From Gammaproteobacteria bacterium (GTDB lineage Bacteria; Pseudomonadota; Gammaproteobacteria; Arenicellales; JAANXG01), in the NCBI GenBank assembly GCA_034520625.1, contig JAXHNI010000004.1:55070-119069 (forward strand): a stretch of 64,000 bases of DNA, written 5' to 3'. The notes beneath the pieces are model-generated. The model saw only the letters and a program-made list of their open reading frames with translations. It made no database searches and was not told the origin of the DNA. How positions within the stretch are numbered: the first letter of the stretch is position 1; every line of letters starts with the position of its first letter. Shown in pieces: positions 33,336 through 41,835 of the stretch. The translations under genes and the position numbers were made by a program.

Positions 33336-34781
33336 TTAATAGGCATCAGGCGGCCGCGACTGATGCGGGAGTCCCGATCCGCCGTGATACGTTTCGCTAT
33401 CATCACGGCGGGGTTGCAGACCGGCGGCGAAAGAAACGAATCCGGTAACCAGCACGGCTCCGGTGATCGCAAGCAATCGGGAGTATTTGTGCTCCAATCC
33501 CGTCAGCGTTTCAATGATGGCTGTATACCCGGCGTTCTCAACGAAGTAGATCGCGGCGCCCGCGAACGCGGCAGTCACCGAGGCCGCCAGACTCCACGCC
33601 GCGATTTCACGCTTGCCCCAGATGCAGAACACAATAACCGGGGTCAGGAACAGTGAGGCCGTTCCGCTGACGGCGACGGCGGCAAACAGATCGTCCGTCC
33701 CGAGAAAGACCAGCATAAGCCCCAGTACGCAGAACAGACCCATGGCGACTCTTCCGTTTCCGGGCGTCGAATCAGCCAAGCCCATATCCTGGATTACCAG
33801 CTTCGCCGCACTGGAAAATGTGGAATCAAGTGTAGACGCGGCCGAGATCACCAAGGCCACGCTGAGCATGAGTGTGGCAGGCGCTCCGAGCAGCCGGTTC
33901 AAGGTTCCCAGCAGTTCCTCTTCCCCGGACCGGTTCAAGCCCGCGAACACGCCGAGCAACCCGAAGGCCAGGATGCACAGTGCCGATATCCAGAACGCAT
34001 GCAGGAAGCTTCGCCGGGTAATATTTCGGTCAGCGATGAAACCGCGGTCCATCATTACCGGGTCGTGCAGCGGATAACTCCAGACCTGCAGTGCTGCCAC
34101 GATCAGCAGTATCCAGCCCGGGTTGCCGAGCTCCGGGCTGCTCACGGCGATGCTCCGGAGCTCGAACAGTGGGCTGGCTACCATCAGCCCAGACAAAGCG
34201 GCGAGCAGCGCCACAAGAATGCTCAGCTGCAATACATCCGTGCGAAGCGAAGCCCGGAGACCGCCGTTCATGGAGTAACCCACAGTTACCGCGGACACGG
34301 CAAGTATTGCGGCCGCGTAGCCCGATGAACCCGCCGCTCCGAACACAATGCCGACGACGAGCAGATTCGCGAACACCTCGCTCAACAGCCGCAGCGACAC
34401 CAGGATGTTGAAGCTGCCGCTGCCCAGGCGGCCGAAGCGCCGGGCCAGGAAAGTCTGCACATTGCCGGCGCCATGTCTGAACCGCAGTGAATCGACGATC
34501 AGCCAACCGGTAAGGAACGATCCGTAGTACGCGGTGTATGCCAGGGCGCCGGATATCCCGTAGTAGTACCCCAGAATTCCCGCATTCAGCAGTGATCGCG
34601 CGAATATCCAGGTCGTTACCTGGGAGAAGGTGAGTGTGAGAACCCCCGGCAGGATTCCGGTGTCTCCGGATCCCCGGTAAAAACCGTCCGCGGTTCGGAC
34701 TCTCGGAGCGATCGCGATGCTCAGTACGCCGATGGCGACAAGTATGCCGATGAGCAACGGCAGATGTGTCTCGATTTTCAT
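33336..34781 (-). CDS. sodium:solute symporter (SSF) family transporter
   Basis: 481 aa, about 13 hydrophobic spans. Motifs such as FYRGSGDTGILPGVLTLTFSQVTTWIFARSLLNAGILGYYYGISGALAYTAYY and GGLRASLRTDVLQ. Confidence 0.8.
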   Translation of the reverse strand: MKIETHLPLLIGILVAIGVLSIAIAPRVRTADGFYRGSGDTGILPGVLTLTFSQVTTWIFARSLLNAGILGYYYGISGALAYTAYYGSFLTGWLIVDSLRFRHGAGNVQTFLARRFGRLGSGSFNILVSLRLLSEVFANLLVVGIVFGAAGSSGYAAAILAVSAVTVGYSMNGGLRASLRTDVLQLSILVALLAALSGLMVASPLFELRSIAVSSPELGNPGWILLIVAALQVWSYPLHDPVMMDRGFIADRNITRRSFLHAFWISALCILAFGLLGVFAGLNRSGEEELLGTLNRLLGAPATLMLSVALVISAASTLDSTFSSAAKLVIQDMGLADSTPGNGRVAMGLFCVLGLMLVFLGTDDLFAAVAVSGTASLFLTPVIVFCIWGKREIAAWSLAASVTAAFAGAAIYFVENAGYTAIIETLTGLEHKYSRLLAITGAVLVTGFVSFAAGLQPRRDDSETYHGGSGLPHQSRPPDAY

Positions 34782-35061
34782 CGTTGTATTTCTCCCTTGA
34801 TCCCGGCACCCATCGGGTGAACAACGCTGTTGGTTGCGGTGTGGTCGAAGAAGTTCCAGGTATCGCCTGGGAACCCGGGATGCCGTGTCGTTTCATCGTG
34901 AGGACGCAAATGCTGAATGATGCTGCGGCGCAGCATGGGAATAATTCCCTGGATGAGGGCGTCTGGTCATATGAATGATTTCTTCGCCCCGGGAATAGCG
35001 CCGGGGGCTGGAGTTCCGTAAACGCTGTCAAGTCAAACAAGCACATCCTCGGGAGTGAACA

Positions 35062-35742
35062 ATGGCCAACATGCCGCACTTGAAAGGTTTCAGGAAAAAT
35101 ACGCTACACGTCGCGGTAATCGGCGCGGTGTTCGGTTTTTCCGGTGCATCTGCGCCGGCGCTGGCTGCAGAAAGCGGTTCGTTGGAATCCATTCTCGTCG
35201 CGTCGACGTGCAACCCCTGCAACCCCTGCAACCCGTGCAACCCGTGCAACCCGTGCAACCCGTGCGCTGCGGGGGGGGTGGATCCCGATGATGTGGTCCG
35301 GCCGGATGGTACGGAACCCTATTCGGGGGACAGGCAGGAGCTGGTGTCCATGGGTGAAGCGTTGTGGTCGGATACCGAGCTGAGCACCAATGGGCTGTCG
35401 TGCCAGACCTGCCACCAGGGGAATCAGAACTTCAAGGCAACCTTCGCCAGTCCCTATCCTCATGAGGTCGAAATGGCGACTCAGAGAGCAGGTCTGGGAA
35501 AGATTACTTCCGAGGAGATGGTGCAGCTTTGCATGGTCGTCCCGATGCAGGCGAAGCCTCTGGCCTGGGACTCGAAAGAACTGGCCGCCCTGGCGGCATA
35601 CACGGAGAAGGTACAGAAGAGCTACAACCCCTGTGCCGCCGCGAATCCCTGCACTGCTGCGTGCGCTCCGTGTAATCCCTGTGCCGCCGCATGCGCCCCC
35701 TGCAATCCGTGCAATCCGTGCAATCCCTGCGCCGCCAATTGA
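35062..35742 (+). CDS. secreted monoheme c-type cytochrome flanked by Cys-Asn-Pro / NPC repeat tracts
   Basis: GGGAG RBS. Signal peptide ...GASAPALA|AESG, then (CNP)6-C. The central domain carries CQTCH (nt 35401-35415) and a distal Met candidate (VVPMQAKP). C-terminal tail: [39 protein letters not shown]. Confidence 0.8.
   Translation: MANMPHLKGFRKNTLHVAVIGAVFGFSGASAPALAAESGSLESILVASTCNPCNPCNPCNPCNPCNPCAAGGVDPDDVVRPDGTEPYSGDRQELVSMGEALWSDTELSTNGLSCQTCHQGNQNFKATFASPYPHEVEMATQRAGLGKITSEEMVQLCMVVPMQAKPLAWDSKELAALAAYTEKVQKSYNPCAAANPCTAACAPCNPCAAACAPCNPCNPCNPCAAN
35209..35265 (+). repeat. 9-bp tandem repeat (TGCAACCCN) x6 encoding (CNP)6-C
   Basis: tgcaacccc x2 then tgcaacccg x4, then tgc. In frame with the cytochrome ORF. 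Confidence 0.95.
35623..35739 (+). repeat. degenerate NPC/APC/AAC triplet-repeat tract at the cytochrome C-terminus
   Basis: Encodes [39 protein letters not shown]. 10 Cys in 39 residues. Confidence 0.9.
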
Positions 35743-35884
35743 TGCGTCCGGCGGCGAGGCAGAGATCAAGAGATTAAGAGATTAAAGGTATCGACGGGGT
35801 TTTACATTTTGAGTACGTCATCCGTACGGGTGACGGGCCACTCCACTACCAACCATCAACACATACCAGAGAGGAGTCGTTACC

Positions 35885-36259
35885 ATGACTGATGCCCCCG
35901 AGAAGAACGGGCTGAAAATGAAACCCATCTGTGCCGCGGTGATGGGTGCCGCCATGGGATTGGCGGTTGCCGGCACGCCGGCGTTGGCCGCAGATACCAG
36001 CAGTCAGCCGATCACGGTTGCATCCTCGTGCAACCCGTGCAACCCGTGCAACCCATGCAACCCATGCAACCCATGCAACCCATGCAACCCGTGCAACCCG
36101 TGCAACCCGTGCAATCCATGCAATCCATGCAATCCATGCAATCCATGCAATCCATGCAATCCGTGCAATCCATGCAATCCGTGCAATCCGTGCAATCCGT
36201 GCAATCCATGCAATCCATGCAATCCATGCAATCCATGCAATCCATGCGCCGCTGACTGA
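35885..36259 (+). CDS. secreted (CNP)24 repeat protein, heme-less paralog of the upstream gene's N-terminus
   Basis: AGGAG RBS 8 nt upstream. Signal peptide ...[10 protein letters not shown]|ADTSS. The leader [12 protein letters not shown] is homologous to [13 protein letters not shown] of the upstream protein. Then 24 perfect Cys-Asn-Pro units, Cys, AAD*. A strong terminator follows. Confidence 0.75.
   Translation: MTDAPEKNGLKMKPICAAVMGAAMGLAVAGTPALAADTSSQPITVASSCNPCNPCNPCNPCNPCNPCNPCNPCNPCNPCNPCNPCNPCNPCNPCNPCNPCNPCNPCNPCNPCNPCNPCNPCAAD
36029..36247 (+). repeat. 9-bp tandem repeat (TGCAAYCCR) x24 plus terminal TGC
   Basis: Unit order: AAC-CCG x2, AAC-CCA x4, AAC-CCG x3, AAT-CCA x5, AAT-CCG x1, AAT-CCA x1, AAT-CCG x3, AAT-CCA x5. 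All differences between units are synonymous in the CNP frame. Confidence 0.95.
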
Positions 36260-36310
36260 GGCTCCGGGTTGTCGCGCCCTTGCACGGCCGATGTGCATTG
36301 CGAGTCAGTC

Positions 36311-36356
36311 GCAGGGCGGGGAGAAGTATCGACCTTCTCCCCGCCCTGCTTTTCCT
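36311..36356 (+). terminator. rho-independent terminator after the (CNP)24 gene
   Basis: GCAGGGCGGGGAGAAG-TATCGAC-CTTCTCCCCGCCCTGC followed by TTTTCCTGTGTTT. Confidence 0.85.
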
Positions 36357-36452
36357 GTGTTTGGGGCCTCGCATCCCGCGTCGGGGGACCACCGCACCCC
36401 TGGACTTGAAACGCATGCTGATCGGGTTCAGATTAGTCGGAGAGACGAAACA

Positions 36453-37193
36453 ATGCTTACCAAGACCGATATGAATGAGCGATTGGCCCTGGTTGACAAG
36501 TCGCAGCTGGATCCAAAGGAGCTGCAGGCACTGTGTGCGGCCGGAGACGAGATCCAGGAATGCTACCGGGTGTTGAGCAAGGCGAAGATGAACATCGTGG
36601 GCGAGTGCCTGAAGAATCAGGGCGCGTTCATGAAGTTCAATCACTATCCCAAGGGGGATGTGTATGACTGGGAAACCCATGCTCAATACTACTATCATAC
36701 CCACCGGGGTATCGCGGACGAGCACGGGCACTTCCACACGTTCATGCGCGCACGGGGCATGCCGGACGGGGTCGAACCGGTACCTTATGACGGGGATGTG
36801 GATTGGCCGTCAGGAAAGGATGCCGTATCGCATATTATCGCCATATCCATGGACAAGTTTGGCTACCCTGTCGGACTTTTTGCAACCAACCGCTGGGTAA
36901 CCGGGGAAACCTGGTACGCGGCGGAGGATGTTGTCGCCATGGTGGACAACTACAGGATCGACCATGCCTACCCGAACTGGCCGGTCAATCGGTGGATTAC
37001 CGCGATGTTCAGGTTGTTCCGGCACGAGATATTCGCTTTGCTCAGGCATCGCGACGAGGTCGTGGCGAGGTGGGGACGCGAGCATGTGGGTGTGGACACC
37101 TTCGAGGATCGGGACCTCGAAATCACCGGCTTCATTTCCGCAACCGTCGAGGACCAACTCGAAGCCGTTGATCAGGCGTTGGGGAGTCGTTGA
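36453..37193 (+). CDS. conserved-looking hypothetical protein with a His-rich motif (possible metal-binding/cupin-like)
   Basis: C-terminal 246 codons of track ORF 35946-37193. GGAGA RBS 9 nt before ATG 36453. Motif NHYPKGDVYDWETHAQYYYHTHRGIADEHGHFHTFMRA. No family confidently recognised. Confidence 0.7.
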   Translation: MLTKTDMNERLALVDKSQLDPKELQALCAAGDEIQECYRVLSKAKMNIVGECLKNQGAFMKFNHYPKGDVYDWETHAQYYYHTHRGIADEHGHFHTFMRARGMPDGVEPVPYDGDVDWPSGKDAVSHIIAISMDKFGYPVGLFATNRWVTGETWYAAEDVVAMVDNYRIDHAYPNWPVNRWITAMFRLFRHEIFALLRHRDEVVARWGREHVGVDTFEDRDLEITGFISATVEDQLEAVDQALGSR

Positions 37194-37236
37194 TCGCGAT
37201 TTCCGGTGCGAACCACGCGACCGGTTTCGAGCGACA

Positions 37237-37267
37237 GGGATCAATGGAGTCTGACCCCATTGATTCC
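37237..37267. repeat. family-2 REP-like palindrome
   Basis: GGGATCAATGGAGTCTGACCCCATTGATTCC. Confidence 0.8.
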
Positions 37268-37286
37268 TTGATTCCGGTTCTTAGTC

Positions 37287-37542
37287 CCCTTGGGCATAAA
37301 TACACACACGTTCAGAGCGCCTCCAAAGCGCCAATGCAAGGCGCGGTTCGCAGGGAATGGCGAGCCCTTTCCAAGAAGCGCAACGCCGCAGTGGCGCTTT
37401 GGAGGCGCTCCCTTCGGGCGGGTCGGAAAAGCCCCTCGCCGGCGTTGCGCTCGCTTGAATTGGCTGGCCAGTCCTGCGCTCGCGCGCCTTGGCGATGAGC
37501 TTTTCCGATCCCGCTGAACGTGTGTGTATTTATGCCCAAGGG
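37287..37542. mobile_element. 256-bp MITE-like element: 29-bp perfect terminal inverted repeats and a 9-bp (8/9) flanking direct repeat; no transposase
   Basis: Left TIR CCCTTGGGCATAAATACACACACGTTCAG (37287-37315) and its exact reverse complement at 37514-37542. Flanks are TTCTTAGTC (37278-37286) and TACTTAGTC (37543-37551). The interior has nested palindromes (AGCGCCTCCAAAGCGCC ... GGCGCTTTGGAGGCGCT). Confidence 0.65.
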
Positions 37543-37545
37543 TAC

Positions 37546-39219
37546 TTAGTCGCGCAGTATGCCCGGCAGGTTCAGCCCGTGCTCCCGGGCGCACTGGATG
37601 GCGTCTTCGTAGCCGGCGTCGGCGTGGCGCATGACGCCGGAAGCCGGGTCGTTCCACAGCACGCGCTTGATGCGTTCGGCGGCCTCGTCGGTGCCGTCGC
37701 AGCAGATCACCATGCCGGCATGCTCGGCGAAGCCGATACCCACCCCGCCGCCGTGGTGGATGCTCACCCAGGTGGCGCCGGAGGCGCAGTTCAAAAGGGC
37801 GTTGAGCATGGGCCAGTCCGCCACGGCGTCCGAGCCGTCCTTCATGGCCTCGGTCTCGCGGTTGGGGGACGCCACTGAGCCGGCGTCGAGATGGTCGCGG
37901 CCGATCACTACCGGCGCCTTGAGCTCGCCGCTTTTCACCATGTCGTTGAACGCCAGGCCGAGCCGGTCGCGCTGGCCGAGCCCGACCCAGCAAATGCGCG
38001 CCGGCAGGCCCTGGAACGAGATCCGCTCCCGGGCCATGTCCAGCCATTGGTGCAGGTGCGGGTCGTCGGGGATCAGTTTCTTGACCCGGGCGTCGGTTCT
38101 GTAGATGTCCTCCGGGTCCCCGGACAGCGCCGCCCAACGGAACGGACCCACTCCCCGGCAGAACAGGGGCCGGATATAAGCGGGTACGAAGCCCGGGAAA
38201 TCGAAGGCATTCTCCAGCCCTTCCTCGTAGGCGATCTGGCGGATGTTGTTGCCGTAGTCCACGGTGGGTATGCCGCGATGCGAGAACTCGAGCATTGCCT
38301 GTACGTGCTGCCTGATGGAAGCGCGGGCGGCCCGGTTCACGGCGCCGGGGTCGTTGCGGCTCCGGTCCCGCCACTCCTCGATGGTCCAGCCGACGGGCAG
38401 GTAGCCGTGGCCGGGATCGTGCGCGGAGGTCTGGTCGGTGACGATGTGCGGCTGCGCGCCGCGCTTCACCAGTTCCGGCAGCACCTCGGCGGCGTTGCCG
38501 AGCAGGCCGACGGATTTCGCCTGGCCGGACGCCGTCCAGTCGGCGATCATGGACAGGGCGTCGTCGATGGAATCGGCTCTTTCGTTGAGGTAGCGCGTGC
38601 GCAGCCGGAAATCGATCCGATCCGGGTCGCACTCCACCGCCAGGCAGCAGGCGCCCGCCATCACCGCCGCCAGGGGCTGGGCGCCCCCCATGCCGCCGAG
38701 GCCGCCGGTGAGGATCCACTTGCCGGTCAGGTCGCCGCCGTAGTGCTGGCGCCCTGCTTCGACGAAGGTTTCGTAGGTGCCCTGGATGATTCCCTGGGAA
38801 GCGATGTAGATCCACGAGCCCGCCGTCATCTGGCCGTACATCATCAGGCCTTTCTTGTCGAGCTCGTTGAAATGGTCCCAGGTCGCCCAGTGGCCGACGA
38901 GGTTGGAGTTGGCGATGAGCACCCGGGGGGCGTCGCGGTGGGTCTTGAACACCCCCACGGCCCGGCCGGACTGGATCAGCAGTGATTCATCGTCCTCGAG
39001 TTTCTCCAGCGCCCCGATGATGCGGTCGTAGTCGTCCCAGGTGCGTGCCGCGCGCCCGATCCCGCCGTATACCACCAGCTCGTGCGGATTCTCCGCGACG
39101 TCCGGGTGCAGGTTGTTCATCAGCATTCGCATGGGCGCTTCGGTGAGCCAGGACTTGGCGGTGAGCTGCGTGCCGGTGGACGGTTTGATGGTGCGGTTCT
39201 GGTTGCGGGGGTCGGGCAT
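37546..39219 (-). CDS. hutU: urocanate hydratase
   Basis: 557 aa with full-length urocanase features: ...[27 protein letters not shown]..., [14 protein letters not shown], ...[11 protein letters not shown]... Confidence 0.95.
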   Translation of the reverse strand: MPDPRNQNRTIKPSTGTQLTAKSWLTEAPMRMLMNNLHPDVAENPHELVVYGGIGRAARTWDDYDRIIGALEKLEDDESLLIQSGRAVGVFKTHRDAPRVLIANSNLVGHWATWDHFNELDKKGLMMYGQMTAGSWIYIASQGIIQGTYETFVEAGRQHYGGDLTGKWILTGGLGGMGGAQPLAAVMAGACCLAVECDPDRIDFRLRTRYLNERADSIDDALSMIADWTASGQAKSVGLLGNAAEVLPELVKRGAQPHIVTDQTSAHDPGHGYLPVGWTIEEWRDRSRNDPGAVNRAARASIRQHVQAMLEFSHRGIPTVDYGNNIRQIAYEEGLENAFDFPGFVPAYIRPLFCRGVGPFRWAALSGDPEDIYRTDARVKKLIPDDPHLHQWLDMARERISFQGLPARICWVGLGQRDRLGLAFNDMVKSGELKAPVVIGRDHLDAGSVASPNRETEAMKDGSDAVADWPMLNALLNCASGATWVSIHHGGGVGIGFAEHAGMVICCDGTDEAAERIKRVLWNDPASGVMRHADAGYEDAIQCAREHGLNLPGILRD

Positions 39220-39311
39220 GGCTGCGGTCTCAGGCTGGTTCAGGGTTCCCGGTTCGGTTTATCTCATACTGGCATTGACGCCGGCAACAATGATCGATGG
39301 CTGAGACGAAT

Positions 39312-39383
39312 GGGATCAATGGGGTAATTTGATGCCAATGGGAGATCCCGTAGCGGGGCGCGAGGGGCCGGGAGGGTCCTCGC
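39312..39383. repeat. partial family-2 palindrome plus a truncated copy of the family-3 left arm
   Basis: GGGATCAATGGGGTAATTTGATGCC, then CCGTAGCGGGGCGCGAGGGGCCGGGAGGGTCCTCGC. Compare CCTGTAGCGGGGAGCGAGGGGCCGGGAGGGTCTG at 16001-16034. The conserved core is absent here. Confidence 0.6.
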
Positions 39384-39431
39384 TTTGCGTTGATTTGAAG
39401 GCCGGGGGCTTCGACAAATGCAGGTCGGGCG

Positions 39432-39489
39432 CTGTAGGTCGGGCGCGAGCCCGACATTTGTTTCCAGTCGGGCTCGCGCCCGACCTACA
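39432..39489. repeat. REP-like palindrome, family 1 (second copy)
   Basis: CTGTAGGTCGGGCGCGAGCCCGAC-ATTTGTTTCCA-GTCGGGCTCGCGCCCGACCTACA. The right arm overlaps the hutG stop codon. Confidence 0.8.
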
Positions 39490-40288
39490 TGGATTCGCTG
39501 CATACGGACCCAAGGATGGAGCTACGCAGCGCATCCAGCAGCGTTCGTAAATGTCCCCGCAGGGCGTCGGCGCGGTCTGGGCGGTAGGTCCATGGTGGTG
39601 CTTCGTCCATGTATGCCCGTTGGGCAAGCTCCATCTGGATCGCGTGGATGCCGTTGTCCGGGTCGCCGTAGTGCCGGGTGGTCCAGCCGCCCTTGAAACG
39701 GCCGTTGACCACGGTGTCGAATCCGACGGCGCGGCGGCAGATGCCGGCCGCCAGCGCCTCGATGCGCGAGGAGCAGCTTTGCCCGTCATTGGTGCCGATG
39801 TTGAACACCGGCAGCGTGCCCTCGAACAGATGAGGAATCCGCGAGCGGATGGAATGACAGTCGTACAGGACCGCGATGCCATGCCGGCGCCGGATGCGCT
39901 CGAGCTCGCCGGACAATGCGTCATGATAGGGGGCGTGATACGCCAGCCGGCGTGCTTCGATTTCGTCCGTCGATGGCTCCTGTCCCGGCCGGTAGATGGG
40001 CCGCCCGTCGAAATCGGTGACGGGGCACAGCCCGGTGGTGTTCAGGCCGGGGTAGAGGGACTCGTCCTCCGGCCCCCGGTTCACGTCGATGACGTAGCGG
40101 TGCAGGGTGGCGCGCACCACGGTGGTGTCGGCCAGCAGGCCGTCGTACAGCCGGTCGACGTGCCAGTCGGTATCCCGGAGTGATCTGCCGTCTTCGTTGA
40201 GCCGCTCGGCGATCCCCCCGGGCAGTTCGGTGCCGGTATGCGGCTGGGCCAGCAGGACCGGCCCGTCGCCCCGCTCGATGTGCACCAT
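39485..40288 (-). CDS. hutG: N-formylglutamate amidohydrolase (formylglutamate deformylase)
   Basis: 267 aa. VLLAQPHTGTELPGGIAERL...DTDWHVDRLY...VIDVNR... is FGase family. Its ATG shares one nucleotide with the hutH stop. Confidence 0.85.
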   Translation of the reverse strand: MVHIERGDGPVLLAQPHTGTELPGGIAERLNEDGRSLRDTDWHVDRLYDGLLADTTVVRATLHRYVIDVNRGPEDESLYPGLNTTGLCPVTDFDGRPIYRPGQEPSTDEIEARRLAYHAPYHDALSGELERIRRRHGIAVLYDCHSIRSRIPHLFEGTLPVFNIGTNDGQSCSSRIEALAAGICRRAVGFDTVVNGRFKGGWTTRHYGDPDNGIHAIQMELAQRAYMDEAPPWTYRPDRADALRGHLRTLLDALRSSILGSVCSESM

Positions 40289-41835
40289 CAGCCGCCGCTT
40301 TCCAGGTCGGGAAACGCGGCCCCGCAGGCGGCTTCGCAGACCCGGCCTGCGCCGACGAGCGCCGCGGCCTGTTCCAGGTCCGGGGCCAGGTACCGGTCCT
40401 GGTCCAGGCCCGGTACCATGGTGCGCAGCAGGTCCACCACCTGCTCCAGCACCGCGCTGGTGCGCAGCGGCCGGCGCAGCTCAATGCCCTGGACGGCGAT
40501 CAGCAGCTCGATGCCGATGATGCGTGAGAGATTGTCGTTCATGTCCAGCAGCCGGCGCGCCCCATGGGTGGCCATGGAGACGTGGTCTTCCTGGTTGGCG
40601 CTGGTGGGCGTGGAGTCCACCGAGCAGGGCGCCGCGTGCTGCTTGTTCTCGGAATACAGCGCCGCTGCAGTGACCTCGGCCACCATGAAGCCGGAATTGA
40701 GCCCGGGGCTCGGGGTGAGGAACGCCGGCAGCCCGAAGCTCAGGGCAGGATCTACCAGCATGGCGATGCGCCGCTCGGTGATTGAGCCGATTTCCGCGAT
40801 GGCCAGCGCGAGCTGGTCCGCCGCGAAGGCCACGGGCTCGGCGTGAAAATTGCCGCCGGAGAGAATCAGGCCGCTGTCCGGAAAGATCAGGGGGTTGTCG
40901 GTGACCGCATTGGCCTCGCGCTCCAGCGTGCGGCCGGCCTGGCGGATGAGGTCCAGGCATGCCCCCATCACCTGGGGCTGGCAGCGCAGGCAGTAAGGGT
41001 CCTGAACCCGCTCGTCGCCGAAACGATGGGACTCCCGGATTTCGGAGCCGGACATGAGTGCCCGCAGGGTCGCGGCGGCATCGATCTGCCCCGGCTGGCC
41101 GCGCAGCGCGTGGATCTCGGCTTGGAACGGCGCCGACGATCCCATTCCCGCGTCGGTGCACAACGCACCGGTCACCATGGCGCTGTTCAGCAGGCGGTGG
41201 GCGTCGAACAGGCCGGCCAGTGCCAGCGCCGTTGAAATCTGGGTACCGTTGATGAGCGCCAGGCCTTCCTTGGCGGTCAGCACGATGGGCTCGATGCCGG
41301 CCAGGCTCAGGGCCTCGCCACCGCTCCGGCGCCGGTCCCCGCAATACGCCTCGCCCTCGCCGATCATCACCGCCGCCACGTGTGCCAGCGGCGCGAGGTC
41401 GCCGGACGCCCCCACGGAGCCTTGCCCGGGAACGACGGGGATTACGTCCCTCGCCAGCATCTGCTCCAGCACCTCGATCAATCGCCAGCGCACGCCGGAG
41501 GCGCCGCGGCCGAGGGACAGCAGCTTCAGGGCCATGGCCAGTCGCACGATGCCCGCCGGCAGCGGCTCGCCGACGCCCGCGCAGTGGGACAGGATCAGGT
41601 TGCGCTGGAGTGTCTCGGTATCGCCGGCGGGGATGCGCACCTGGGCCAGCTTTCCGAACCCGGTATTGACGCCGTACACGGGTTCCCCGCCCGCTGCGGC
41701 TTCCGCCACCAGCCCGGCGGACTGCTCGACGAGTCCGCGGCAGGCCGGATCGAGGCGGCACGCGGCGCCTTCGCGGTAAATGCGTTCCAGGTCCCGAAGT
41801 CCGGCGGCGCCGGGCCTGAGTATCGCCCCGTTCAT
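40288..41835 (-). CDS. hutH: histidine ammonia-lyase
   Basis: 515 aa. MIO-forming triad in [34 protein letters not shown]. Confidence 0.95.
   Translation of the reverse strand: MNGAILRPGAAGLRDLERIYREGAACRLDPACRGLVEQSAGLVAEAAAGGEPVYGVNTGFGKLAQVRIPAGDTETLQRNLILSHCAGVGEPLPAGIVRLAMALKLLSLGRGASGVRWRLIEVLEQMLARDVIPVVPGQGSVGASGDLAPLAHVAAVMIGEGEAYCGDRRRSGGEALSLAGIEPIVLTAKEGLALINGTQISTALALAGLFDAHRLLNSAMVTGALCTDAGMGSSAPFQAEIHALRGQPGQIDAAATLRALMSGSEIRESHRFGDERVQDPYCLRCQPQVMGACLDLIRQAGRTLEREANAVTDNPLIFPDSGLILSGGNFHAEPVAFAADQLALAIAEIGSITERRIAMLVDPALSFGLPAFLTPSPGLNSGFMVAEVTAAALYSENKQHAAPCSVDSTPTSANQEDHVSMATHGARRLLDMNDNLSRIIGIELLIAVQGIELRRPLRTSAVLEQVVDLLRTMVPGLDQDRYLAPDLEQAAALVGAGRVCEAACGAAFPDLESGG

Noticed and set aside
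36029-36247. Possible CRISPR array, because of regular short direct repeats.
   Set aside because: The repeats are 9 bp and contiguous with no spacers. They are in frame within a coding sequence, and no cas genes are present.
35946-37193. 415-aa plus-strand ORF that reads the CNP repeat in another frame (HATHAT.../HAIHAI...) and runs without a stop into the His-rich gene. Other repeat-frame ORFs are 36028-36255 (+, MQP/MQS), 36004-36285 (-, LHG), 35846-36298 (-) and 36012-36737 (-).
   Set aside because: Unit-to-unit DNA variation is synonymous only in the CNP frame. The CNP frame has an RBS, a signal peptide and a homologous leader shared with the upstream gene. A strong terminator (36311-36356) separates the repeat from the downstream gene, which has its own RBS and ATG at 36453.
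37290-37539. Two mirror-image 75-aa ORFs (37290-37517 plus, 37312-37539 minus), both starting MGINTHTF...
   Set aside because: Both start inside the terminal inverted repeats of the MITE-like element, and their identical N-termini are a consequence of the palindrome. They overlap each other completely on opposite strands.
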